A stretch of DNA of 62,947 bases, counting the filler. It is 11 parts of 11 records of this genome, joined end to end, with 100 filler letters (N's around TTAATTAATTAA, not from the genome) between each part and the next. Parts side by side here need not be neighbours in the genome. Positions count along the whole stretch, not along the records: positions 32,589 to 36,895 come from SRR7504441_3483; positions 36,996 to 43,512 come from SRR7504441_3490; positions 43,613 to 47,074 come from SRR7504441_3500; 8 more parts are not named here. The stretch is one strand, 5' to 3'. A program made the translations under genes and the position numbers. How positions within the stretch are numbered: position 1 is the stretch's first letter; each line of letters starts with the position of its first letter. A model generated the notes under the pieces. The model ran no database searches, was not told the origin of the DNA, and saw nothing but the letters and a program-made list of their open reading frames with translations. Below are positions 33,817-45,009 of this stretch, piece after piece.

Positions 33817-34068
33817 CTAGCGTTCTCAAATCTGTCGTTTTACGCTCAATCACCGTTGTCATTTCGTAATTGATCTTTAGAGCATGCATCGTCGCATGAG
33901 CTATTCTGTTTAGCATTTTAAGAGCTATCTCGTACGTGTATGCGTGTACGTGTACTGTATTGATCTTCAATTCTTCATCAATACTTCATCAGTCTGTCAG
34001 CTGACACCGTCAGGATTGTCGTTGAACAAGCAGGAGGGCTGCCCGTCTGCGCGGCTGGGCGCGCGCGC

Positions 34069-35233
34069 ATGGGCAACTGCTGCGTCTCACCCCAACCGGT
34101 GCACCCCCCTTCTCCCCCACCTTCTGCCTGCCAGCCCTGGAGGCAGGTGCCTGAGGCGGCAGCCGGGCTGATCGGAGCGTGGGCTGGCGGGGCGCGAGGG
34201 CTTGTAGTCCACCCCTGCGGTGCCGCAGGGGTGCGCAGCGGCTGAGCCGGCTGGTCAGGGTCGGTCGAGCTGACGGAATCGGGGCAGTCGGTCCAGGGTG
34301 GGGCGTGCCGCTGGGAGGCAGCCGCGGAGGAGTCCCCCGGTGCGAGCTTCAGGGCAGGTGGGACCTGACGGTTCAGTGGTGTGGGACACGGGCTGCGTCT
34401 GGGTGTGCTGCTGCTGCCGCCAGTCGCGCCACTTCGCAGCCTCCGAGCTGACTGAGCACTCGGTCAGCCTCGCGCTCGACTCGGATCCGGCACCCCCCAG
34501 CGCCGAGCTTGCGCCTAACTGCCCGGCAGACGCCCTGGACATTGCTCCGGCTCCTGCCGCTGGCTGCTGGAGAGCAGCCGGGGGTGGAGCATAGCTTGGC
34601 GCTAACCCAGCTGGTCTGGCTTCCGGCTAGGGTCGGCTGACCTTTACGCAGGCGGCCGTGGCAGCCCGTGCTGAAGGTGCAGTCCGACGGGCGCGGCCAA
34701 AGCTGTCAGCCGAAGCGCTCCGGGCGACGTCGGAAGAAACAATCCGAGAGTGGTGGCTGGGCGGCTGGGGGCGGACTCAGCTGCTGGGCAGGTTCTATAG
34801 TGTCAAAGGCCTGGGTGTTGAAACTTTGGAAATGATGAGTAGGCAGACTCAGAGAGACTACTACGAGAATGCACACTCGGGCCAGCAGCTTGAGATGTGC
34901 AAAAATGAGCTGCGCCAGTTAGTGCAGGCGTTGAGTGATAGAGTGCACCGGCTAAGCGAACCTGCAGCGCAAGCGGTCGCGCGGCACTTTGGGTGGGAGC
35001 CGGCGATTGGCGAGCCTAAAAGCTTCCTTTGCGACGAAGTATATGGCACAAAGTTCCTGCGGCGCTACGAGGCCATGTGGGAAGCTATGCATTGCCCGCC
35101 ATCGGCTAGCCCACAAGAAACCACATTGGATGAAACTCAACAGCCGCGGATAACGATTCTATGTAATGTTAGTTCATCAGAACCTCCGGATAGAAGGGAA
35201 ATAAGTTTAGACGTAGCAGAGCAACAAATCTAA
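34069..35233 (+). CDS. Hypothetical, probably N-acylated protein
   Basis: MGNCC start, several short introns, last exon is ORF 34658-35233. Confidence 0.45.
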
Positions 35234-35324
35234 AGTCTATAATGAAGCGTCGAATCTAGGCACCTAATTTCACTAGGTCGTTGAGTATTGTTGGTGCCTC
35301 ATTCAAAGAAGCACTTCTGCCCCC

Positions 35325-36283
35325 TCAAGCTACAAACTCCAATGCATCACAATGATTACATAACATGTACAGCCCCTCGATGCTAAACTTGTGCTGCATG
35401 CAGAAAAACGGCGTCTCCGAGCAACTTTGCCTACCCACAGTCCGGTCAGCAAGCCGCATCGACTATACATACGTGTGTTCCTCAAGCACTGCTGCTAGCT
35501 GTTGCCTCAAGCAATCGGTTCCGACCTGCCCCTGCCATCCTGGCCAGCGCCCACCCGACCCACCTGCTCGAGCACCAACCCGCACTCGCAGTACACCGAG
35601 CCGAGCTGCTCGGTGACCGGCCGGGCGCACACCGGGCACGGCAAGCTATCCGCGTCTGACTGGCACCACTGCTCGCCAGCCATCCGATCGCTCTGCTGCT
35701 GATCAGCTTCGAGCTCTTCCAGCTGGTCCACCAGCCGCGCTTCTGCCGGCGCCCGGCTCGCCCCCGGCCGCTCGGATGGGCCACCCTCGGCAGCCAGCTC
35801 ATCGCGCAGCTCGCTCTCGAGTTGTTCGAGCATCCGGTCAAAGAGCGGATCGCCGGGCCCCACGCAGCAGGCCACCTCGTCGTCCCAGAGCATCTCGTCC
35901 AGCTCCATCTCGCTCGCTGCCATCAGCGTGAGCCCACCGCCGCCGGGGGGGCGACCGTCCGAGAGGCATCGGGTCCATTCCTGCGATATGATCTCGCCCA
36001 GGGCTTGCTGGGCCTCCCAGCTGCCCGAGGCTATCAACTCACGCGAACCGCCTAACCCGGGCTCAGCCAGTGGGGAGCTGGGGGGCGTGCCCGGGCTGTG
36101 CCGGATACACTGCAGGACGGCATCCCGCTTATGCCGGGCGCGGGCAAGGCAGCTCGACTTGATCTGCTGCCTCCACTGCGCAGAGCGGTGAGCTCGGCAG
36201 CGCGGCGCCCAACGCACCCGAGGAACTCCCCCGCCAACCCGCCCGTGCCCTTTGAACCCGCGCGCCGGGGCGCGCACGGCCAT
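35325..36283 (-). CDS. RPAIN: RPA-interacting protein (RPAIN/RIP)
   Basis: WRQQIKSSCLARARHKRDAVL; CPVC...YCECGL; spliced tail LRQQLAAVLEEHTQSCSETPFF...LYMLCNHCDALEFVA*. Confidence 0.8.
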
Positions 36284-37015
36284 GCCCCTTTGAACCAGCT
36301 CCCCGGGCGCCAGCTGCAGTACTTGGTATCAGTTCTAGATTATTAGACTATAGTGGCTACATGTAGCCATATATATACATGTACAGTACTTGCAATTGGT
36401 ACGCGTAGATCTACTACTAAGTAGGCATGAACACAAAAAAGCTCGCTAAATTTGTGAAACAAGCTTCCTTTCATGTAGTATTCATGTAGTCTTTAATTGA
36501 ATTAAAGATTGGCAAGTGTGAACTCGCTCACACTCAACTCTGGGGTCTAAAGACTAGGTAGGGACTCAACCCTAACTTTATCACTTTACTCTGGACAGTG
36601 GAGGCCTCGAGCACCATGACGAGCTGCGTATACAATATAGCCCAACCCAGCCCGATAGATTTGGCGGTGGATTAGCCGGCTCAGATTATTTAGCTTAAGC
36701 TTACATGTAGTACTGATTAATATGAGGCTGGTGTTTTCATATACATGTATGCAGTGGGCTAGCGATAGGGCTAGCGACATGCGGTTTTCTTAGAAAGTAA
36801 TGGGAGATGTAGATCTAACTGCCCATTCAATTTGTAAGGTAATACTTTAAGTATTTCTAGTCCGTGTGAAGCGATACGTCAGTCTGATGATTTATNNNNN
36901 NNNNNNNNNNNNNNNNNNNNNNNNNNNNNNNNNNNNNNNTTAATTAATTAANNNNNNNNNNNNNNNNNNNNNNNNNNNNNNNNNNNNNNNNNNNNCCCCC
37001 CCCCCCCCCCCCCCC

Positions 37016-37427
37016 GGCTCGGCTGATCGCTGGGCAGCCGCTCTTCCGAGCCGAGTGCCGTGATGATGGCGGTCCGGCCAACAGCAGGGCTGGCTCTGAC
37101 CGGCTGCAGGTGGTGTATCTGAACCTGGCGATGATGGCGGCGGCGATCCAGATGGTCCGGCTGCTCGGGCAGTACACCGCGGGCCCGGCCGAGTGTGAGC
37201 AGAAGAGCGAGTGTGGCGGGACGGTGATTGCACAACTCGCAGAGCACATACTAGGACTGCCGCTGTTCGGCCCAATCTTCTTTGTGGCCTCCGCGGTGGC
37301 TGCAGCCGGTGCCGGTTGGGGTGTGAAGTGGTGCCGGCAGGTGTTTGTGGCTGTGGCGGTGGTGGTCGGGCTGCGTAGCTGCTTGTGCCATCCGAGCCAC
37401 GACTCCGTGGTTTACTCCGAGCTATAG
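37016..37427 (+). CDS. 3' fragment of a membrane protein
   Basis: Hydrophobic segments in ORF 37110-37427; the 5' part is lost at the contig edge. Confidence 0.4.
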
Positions 37428-38229
37428 AGCGGTATATTATAATAGGCTAGACTATTGGTTGGATTAGAGATCCTTATACGAGCCGGGTTCCCGATATCGC
37501 CACTCCTCGGCCAGCCGCTGGGTCCTCGGCCCCCTGTGCCTGTCCGGCGCTCCACCCCCCCCAGGCCGGCCGCACCACTGGGCATTTGCCGCGCGCATCC
37601 AGCGAGCCTCTACTCGCTGACTCCTGCCCCGCCCTCGCGTCCCCTAGCACCGCCCGCGCACCCGGTGAGAGCGGCCAGCCGGGCAATCTGCTGCTGCAGC
37701 AGCGCCTCCGGATCAGCTGGCGCTGCCCAGTGCTCTGGGGTCCTGGAGGCGGCCACCGGGAGAAGACGCCGGATCCGGGCGATCTGCTGCTGCAACAGCG
37801 CCGCCGCGCTGGCCTCGTGCGGGCTGGCATCTGCCGCCGCGCAGGCCCCCAGTGCCGCCAGACCCGGGCTAAGCATCAGCTGCAGCGCCACTGCACTGGC
37901 AGAATATTTCGGCAGGCTGCCGTTATCACATGGTGGGGCGCCGAAGCGGGCGGGCCGGCTCACGGCGGGGGCTGCTGCAGGCGTTCGCGGTCCCTGGGTC
38001 GACCCCGCGGGCGGCAGATGCGCTCCCACACCCTGGGACTGCTACCTACGCCCCGCTTCCGGAGTGCGGGCACCCGCTGGCCGCCCAGCGAGCCGGGTAC
38101 AGGCCTACCAACCAGCCTTATCTCTGGCCGTCGGAAACCGACCCCAACAGGGCGCACTGGCTCCGGAACGAAGTCGTCGGTCCGCCCCGTCCGACCCGGC
38201 CGCCTGGCTCACCGTGGGTGCGTGTCGAC

Positions 38230-39100
38230 AGCCTTCGAGCGAGTGCTGGTGACCCTGAGAGAGGAGCGCGAGCAGGCAGTGGCGATGCTGCGCGGGGAGG
38301 AGGGCAAGCAGGAGGGGATCGCCGCGGCGGAGGCCAAGGCACAGGCGCGCGCCCCGGCCGTCCCCGGGAGCGAGCGGGTTTCAGGCTGATCTGGAGCGGT
38401 CGGAGGCTCGGCGGAGTGAGCAGCACGACGAGAATATTCAGATTAACGAGCAAATTGCGGGGATCCAGGGCGAGATCGAGCAGCTCAAACTGGAGAAGGA
38501 GGCGTACAAGCAAGTCACCGGCCAACTGCAGGAGGAGCTCACTCGAATGGACGGGCTGGTCGCTGGGAGCCAAGAGAGGGTCGACATCCAGAAGCAAGTG
38601 CAGGTACAGATGCAGAAAAAGTGCGTCTACACCCAGAACAAACTGGAGGTGCCGCCTGCCCACCTGGCTCGGTCCGATCCGCGGCAGGACCTACGCACCA
38701 ACCCGAAAGTGCCGGCGGCGTATGCCGAGCGCGTTTCCCAGATGGAGGAGACTCACAAGGCGCGGATCGCAGCCCTGCAGGAGCAGCTTGAAGGGTGGCC
38801 GGAATGGCCGGGGCGGCCTGATCTGGCGGCAGGCTGATGCCGGAGGAGGAGTCTGTGGCGGGAGCCAACGAGGCTGCAAACATGCAGCTCCTTGAGCTGG
38901 AACAACAGCGAGCGGCGGCTGAACAGACGGTGGCGGAGGCGGAGGCCAAGCTGGCTGAGCAGGCGGCCCGCGAGACGGAGCTGGCGGCGGAGGTGGCCGA
39001 GCTGCAGCAAGTGTACTACAACATGCCTGAGAAGGTGGAGGAGGAGACCGTGGTCAAGGAGGTGATCAAGACGGTGGTCAAGGACATTGTGCTCGACTGA
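38230..39100 (+). CDS. Coiled-coil protein (5' end unresolved)
   Basis: E/Q/A-rich heptad exons joined by short introns, including GC-AG 38345-38384. Confidence 0.55.
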
Positions 39101-39912
39101 GGGGTGGTGAACGACCCACTCCGTAGCCAGCTCGACGTAGGATGTGCACGTGTTAAGATATTGAATACTGATTTATTTATTTTATCTCTCATTCATTTCA
39201 ACGATTACAATTCTGTTCACGGTGTTGACCCGTCGTGCTGCATGCATTGACGCCAATTTGGCACTGGATGAGCCAAAGCGTGGAGGTACTGACATTCAAC
39301 TGATCGCACGCGGACTTATTATGGTGCTAGTTTAGCCATCGGAACCATGATAGGAACATTTAGCGATTGGTTGATCGTTGATTTATTACTCGGTGGAGCC
39401 TGCTACAGTGCGCTCCTACCCACTGGCATGTTTCGGTGCAGCCGATCCCAGCACGGGGTCTGCGCCAGCCGGGGAATATCAGTCGCCCGATCGATGCGGT
39501 TCGAGCGGGCGAGGACGGCCCCAAGTATGCGGACCATCCAGTGTACGTGAATGGACGGTGCCCGCAGTGGGCTGGCCTGAGCAGCATCCCATCCGAGGGG
39601 CAGCGCCCATCCTAGCAATTCGTCGTGCCCCTGTCATCCTGAGGATGTAGACAGGCGCAGTCATCAGCCGGAGGGCGCAGCCTGCGCTCTGCGTGTGCCT
39701 TCTACATCACAGCGCAGCCACCTGTTCCGGGACACCAGGCTGAGCCTGACGGAGGAGGAAGGTCGGCCGGGACAGTGGGCTCATTGTTGGGCCGAGGAGG
39801 GGCCGGCTTGGGAGCGGGCGCCCTCCTCGGCGGGCCTCAGCAATCCTGTCCACCACCTTTCCCGGGCATTGATTTTGTTTTTTCTGCGTGGCCAGCTGGA
39901 CCGGCTGACAGC

Positions 39913-42900
39913 ATGGCCAACTCCTCTGGGGTGGGGGCGTGCCTGGAGTTCCGGCCGACCCTGGACGAGTTCGTCGACTTTGCTGGCTACATCAAGTCGA
40001 TCGAGGCCCAGAACCCGACGATGGGCATCTGCAAAGTGATCCCGCCCGAGGGCTGGTTCCCGCGCAAGGGCGACTACCACCACGTGCAGGACTGGACGAT
40101 CAACGAGCCGATCGAGCAGGTTAAGACTGGGATCGGCGGGATTTTCACCCAGCTCAACGTCTCGAAGAAGCCGATCACCGTCAGTGAGTACAAGCGGCTC
40201 GCTGAATCAAAGCCATTCCGCACGCCCGCACACAAGTGACCCACGGCCCACACCCTGCGCTGACAGCAGCCTAGCGGCCCACACCCTAGCGCCCGCCCTC
40301 CCTGCCTAGCGCCCAGGCGTGGCGAGCCACAGGCCCGCAGCCGACAGCCCGGGCAGGTCTTACGACGACCTGGATCGAATCTTCTGGCGGACAGTCCAGT
40401 ACCAAGCCCCGCTGTACGGAGCCGACGCCGGTGGGCACGGCACCCTGTTCGAGCACGGTGTGCCGTGGAACCTGTCCGAGCTCAAAAATATCCTGAATTT
40501 GGTGTGGATCTGCGCTGGTGGCGGCTGAGGCGTGGCGACAGATTGAAGAGGAGATGGGCGTGAAGCTGGAGGGAGTGACCACACCGTTCATGTACTTTGG
40601 GATGTGGAAGACCACATTCTGCTGGCACATCGAGGATATGAACCTGTACTCCGCCTCCTACCTCCACTTTGGCCAACCAAAAAGCTGGTGCGCTCACTCG
40701 CTCCAGCAGATGGACCCACTCGCACGCTCGCAGGTACTCGATACCGCGCGACCACGCGCACCGGTTCGAGGAGTTTGTCAAGTCTCTATTCCCAGAGGGT
40801 TTCTCAAAGTGCCCGGACTACCTCAGGCACAAGATGACTCTGATCAGTCCCAAGAACCTGCGAGACGCCGGAATCCCAGTGTATAAAGCCACCCAAGAGG
40901 CGGGCCAGTTCATGGTTACCTTCCCACGGTGACCGCAGCCCGCGCGTGCAGCTGAGCAGTCGCGTCCAGGGGCTACCACCAGGGGTATAACCACGGGTTC
41001 AACTGTGCAGAAGCCGTCAACTTTGCGTCTCACGAGTGCGTGTGGCGGCTGCTCGCGTGTGCTCAGCTGCTGGTTCAGGTGGATAGACTTCGGGTTGGAG
41101 GCCAAGCCCTGCCGCTGCATGTCGGACGCGGTCACTATCGACATGTCCTTCTTCCTCTCCAAGTTCCGACCGGATGCCGCGGTCGCGTGCGCTGCACACA
41201 CCTTCAAGCACGAGCGTCAGCTGAATAAGAAGCTCGCCGAGCACGGACCGCGCCTGGTCTGCGCTATCTGCAACCAAGGTTCTGCGCCGAGTGGTCATGC
41301 CTGAGGTGTGAGTCGCAGGTGGCAAGCTGGCAAGCTCCTCCTGGGGCCGAGCGCTCTCTACTGAGTCTCGTGGCGACCTCGTGCGATGCAATGACTGCGG
41401 GGTGGTCGTGCACCACGATTGCTACGGCGTGCCCGAGGAGCAACGGTCGGCTTCGCAGTGGCTCTGCCAGCGCTGCACCGTGATGCAAGCACCCGTGAGC
41501 TGTGTGCTCTGTCCGCTCAGAGGCGGTGCTTTCAAGCCGTGTCACAATGGCTGGGTTCATGTGCAGTGCGCCTCCTGGGTGCCTGAGGTCTGGTTCGGCG
41601 TCCCCGAGCTCCGCGACCAGGTGCTGAGTGTCTAGCCACCGGCTCATCGTCGGGCAGGTCGAGGGTTTGGACCAGATTCCTGAGCAGCGGCGGCGGCTAG
41701 GCTGCTCGGTCTGCCGACAGAACGGCCGCGTGCGTCGACATGCCCGGCACGGCGCTCCAATCCAGTGCGCAAAGTTCGGGTGCACAGCGGCGTTTCACGT
41801 GACGTGCGCCCAGCGGGAGGGGCTGCATGTCAGAATGGAAGCTGGAGAGCCGTGTGAGGCTCTCTGTGCTAGGCACGATCCGCTGCGCTGCCAGCCATGC
41901 GAGTCAGTGCCAGCAGTGGGTGATCGCAAGGTGCGCCGCTGGGTGGTGCAGCTCAGCTGACCTGGGGCGCAGATAAGCGACGCCGACAGACAGCCGAAGG
42001 CGGTGTCGGCGGTGCATGCTAGGCAGCTGTGCGCTGTGCAGCTGGAAGAAGGGAACATAGTGCGGAACTTGGACAAGACAGTCGTGAAGCTGCTCCCACC
42101 CGCCAGTGAGCCTGCCCTAGAAGAGGAAGCCAGCGCAGAGCAGCCCAAGCCGCCAGTCCAAGTCAGTTGGGGGGACGGGGCCGAGTATGCTGGCAGCCTG
42201 CTAGGCGAGTATGAAGTGGCAATGGTTGAGCTGGAGGATGTCTCACAGCCAATCCCTGGCGTATCGCTCGAAGACCCCGGCGCTGTGACCCACCCTCCAG
42301 ATAAATACGTCTCGGCCGTAGCCTTGGTCTGCAGTGCACTGGCATTCAATGCCAGTTGTACCATGGATAACCGGGCCAGAGTCATTCGTTGGGCCGCTGC
42401 CTGGCTGCTGCCTTCTGGCATACTTGGCACGGCTGCCTGCACCTTGTTGGAATGATAAGCTCTGCGTGACGAGACAGTCTAGAGCTGGCTGTGTCTGTCT
42501 ACTAGCAGATCTAACGTCAGCACTAATGCAAGCCTGACCGAATTGTGCGGCAGAGCAAGCATGCAGCCAAAGTGGGCCAGAAGAGACGAGCCACTAATCA
42601 TGGCAGTGGCGCTGGCTCCAAGGCTGTACACGATGCTCTGAAGGGTGGGGCGGCTGCATGGTGGGCCTGATGGCTGTGTTTCAGGGGTTAACTGGACGTC
42701 TCTGCTCAAGGGATACGATGGTGAGGAGATTATGTGTCGCAATAGCAGCTCAGGCGACGAGACATATGCCAAACTGGTGTTTGAGCCAGGTCTTGCCTGT
42801 GCCTAGCGCTGCATGATGAGAGAAATTGGTGCAGTGTCCGAGAAGCTGCTTGCCTGCTGCACTGTGAATGATGAGCCAAAGGAGATGTCGCTTCAGGCGT

Positions 42901-43064
42901 TTGAGCTTCTGGCTGGCTGCAAGCACAAGAACCCCAAAAGCAGCGTGTATTTGGCCAAGGAGCAGGTCACACTGGCAGTAGCAGCCTACCGATGCTTGAA
43001 CACATCGGGACAACTTGAGGGTGAGGCATCAGATGAAAACAAGAGGGTCAAAACTGAAGCCTAA
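39913..43064 (+). CDS. KDM4: KDM4/JMJD2-like histone demethylase (JmjN, JmjC, PHD/ePHD, possible Tudor-like tail)
   Basis: FRPTLDEF...GICKVIPP (JmjN); [22 protein letters not shown]...[18 protein letters not shown] (JmjC); [32 protein letters not shown] (PHD). The 3' exon structure is approximate. Confidence 0.9.
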
Positions 43065-43353
43065 GCAGTACCTGCATGTGTTCAATCATCCGCAGGTGCT
43101 ACTCCCAGTGTGCCATCTTCTTAACTAAGGCATGAGGATAAGACCATTGAACAGTCTCATCGAGACATCGATCGATTGATCGACACTTTGCGACATTATT
43201 ACGATCTACTATAATTACGACACCAACATATCGTGGAGATATGAATTTATTTACAGAACTTAGATTGGACTACTAGCAACCCGTATCAGGCCCGTATTAA
43301 ACTCATTTTGACGTACATATGATTGTACAAATCATGTACATCTTCCTGGATCA

Positions 43354-43512
43354 CTAAAGTCTCTCAAGGAAGCTTGTCAGTCCACGCTCCTCGACGATCT
43401 CCTCTGTCGACTGAGCGCTTGTCACTCCACGCTCCTCGACGAGCTCCTCTGTCGACTGAGCACCTTGTAGCGCAGCAACGATCTCGTCGTAAGCAGGTTT
43501 CGGAAGGAGCTG
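43354..43512 (-). CDS. C-terminal gene fragment with a 15-aa tandem duplication
   Basis: ...AQSTEELVEERGVTS AQSTEEIVEERGLTS FLERL*; 45-nt repeat at 43373-43462. Confidence 0.55.
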   Translation of the reverse strand, partial: QLLPKPAYDEIVAALQGAQSTEELVEERGVTSAQSTEEIVEERGLTSFLERL

Positions 43513-43938
43513 NNNNNNNNNNNNNNNNNNNNNNNNNNNNNNNNNNNNNNNNNNNNTTAATTAATTAANNNNNNNNNNNNNNNNNNNNNNNNNNNNNNNN
43601 NNNNNNNNNNNNCTGCAGACCATGTTCGTGGCCAGCAAGGCCTAGATGCCTGCGGGCCGGCCTGGGGCAGCCTTAGCGAGCTGGTTGAGCTGGTTGATGG
43701 AGCGCAACATGTGGAGCTCTAATCGATACCTTGGGAAATATTGAATTCATAATTCGGCACCTTGATTCGAATGAGGATAGAGGAGGGGGCTCAGCAGTGG
43801 TCAGCGCGCTGGCCGTGCAGTCTGAACGCTTTAGAACCCGCGATCTTTACTTAACTATCGCACAACCCCAAATATATACAGTTCATGCCACCAATCGACC
43901 CGGCGCGTCCCACCCTCTCTCTAAGTCCTAAGCCGCGC

Positions 43939-44184
43939 TCAGCTGCAGAGCTCCCTGCGGGCGATCTTGGCGCCGGGCCGGTGGCTCCTCGCGCTCCCGC
44001 GCTTACTCGGCGGCAGCCTCCTCGGCGGCCGGCGCCTCGGTGGCGGCGGCCGGCTCCTCAGCAGCGGGGGCGGCAGCCTCCTCGGCGGCCGGCTCGGTGG
44101 CGGCAGGCTTCTCCTCGACCTTTTCCTCAGAATTTCCACAGCCCTGCCCCGCGGTCAGACCTGGGCCGCTCCGGCACACACCAT
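43939..44184 (-). CDS. Small acidic Ala/Glu/Pro-rich protein with MGC acylation motif (~51 aa)
   Basis: ATG | intron 44144-44181 | GCGNSEEKVEEKPAATEPAAEEAAAPAAEEPAAATEAPAAEEAAAE | intron 43955-44006 | ELCS*. Confidence 0.7.
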
Positions 44185-44287
44185 GTTCACAAGTTGTTAG
44201 CCCAAGCCCCGCCGTGCAAACGTAACCGCTTTTGCACCGAAAGGGCAGCTTGAGCACAATGCAATAAACCGCGGCCCGGGCGGTGCG

Positions 44288-44772
44288 ATGGGCGACGAGC
44301 CGGGGCTGCTGGTGCTGGTGAACTGGGAGTGGCACCTGATCACCGGGGCCTCCCGGCTGGTCGGCCGGCTGGTCGGTCCGTTGCTCCGGGCGCTGCTCAT
44401 CCCGGGGCTGCTGCTGGCCGGGCTGGTGCTCGCAGGCTGGCTCGCCACCCGACCCGCTGCCAAACCGGAGCCGCCCCCCGACCAGCCGCGGACCGAGTGC
44501 GCTGTGTGCGTGCCGGCTGCCCCGCCCAGCTGAGGCCCGGAGTAGGTGTCTCGGGGCGCCGGCGGTGATGGCTCTGGTACCGTGCGGACACCGGTGCGGT
44601 GCCGTGAGGGGGGGGGGGGAGCCGGGGGCAGCTGCCTGTGCGAGGGCTGCGCGGAGGAGATAGAGCGGCGAGCGCCCAAGTGCCCGGTGCGGCGGGGCGA
44701 GTCCCGGGCGACGGGCGGCAGATATGCCGGGGAAGGTTCCGGATGGCGATCAAAGTGTTCGACTGCGGATGA
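44288..44772 (+). CDS. Membrane-anchored RING-HC (C3HC4) E3 ligase
   Basis: TM segment, then spliced CAVCLGAPAVMALVPCGHRCLCEGCA...KCPICR; three GT-AG introns. Confidence 0.8.
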
Positions 44773-45009
44773 GCTGGCTTAGTGCTGGCGCACAGCTGCT
44801 GCGTGCATCGCCGTTAGGGCCGTGGGCGATTGGAATAAAGCTGATCGTGAAGTTGCGTGGTTGCGATCGATTCCAATCCAACGGCTCCTACTCGTATCCT
44901 ACGTATTTGGAGCGAGCTGTCAGCTTTTTATTCAAGTAGAGATGCATGTGCTTCATCTATCTAGCATATCGCTGCAGTCGCGCCACACTATACCACCGCT
45001 ACGGGCTAG

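Noticed and set aside
39750-39790. GAGGAAGGTC...GGGCTCATT resembling RNase P/MRP P4 strands
   Set aside because: The two motifs are only about 15 nt apart, far too close for the P4 pseudoknot architecture.
43373-43462. 45-nt repeat (and the 21-nt and 35-nt repeats) as CRISPR-like arrays
   Set aside because: Only two copies each, no spacer series, no cas genes, eukaryotic context; this one is an in-frame coding duplication.
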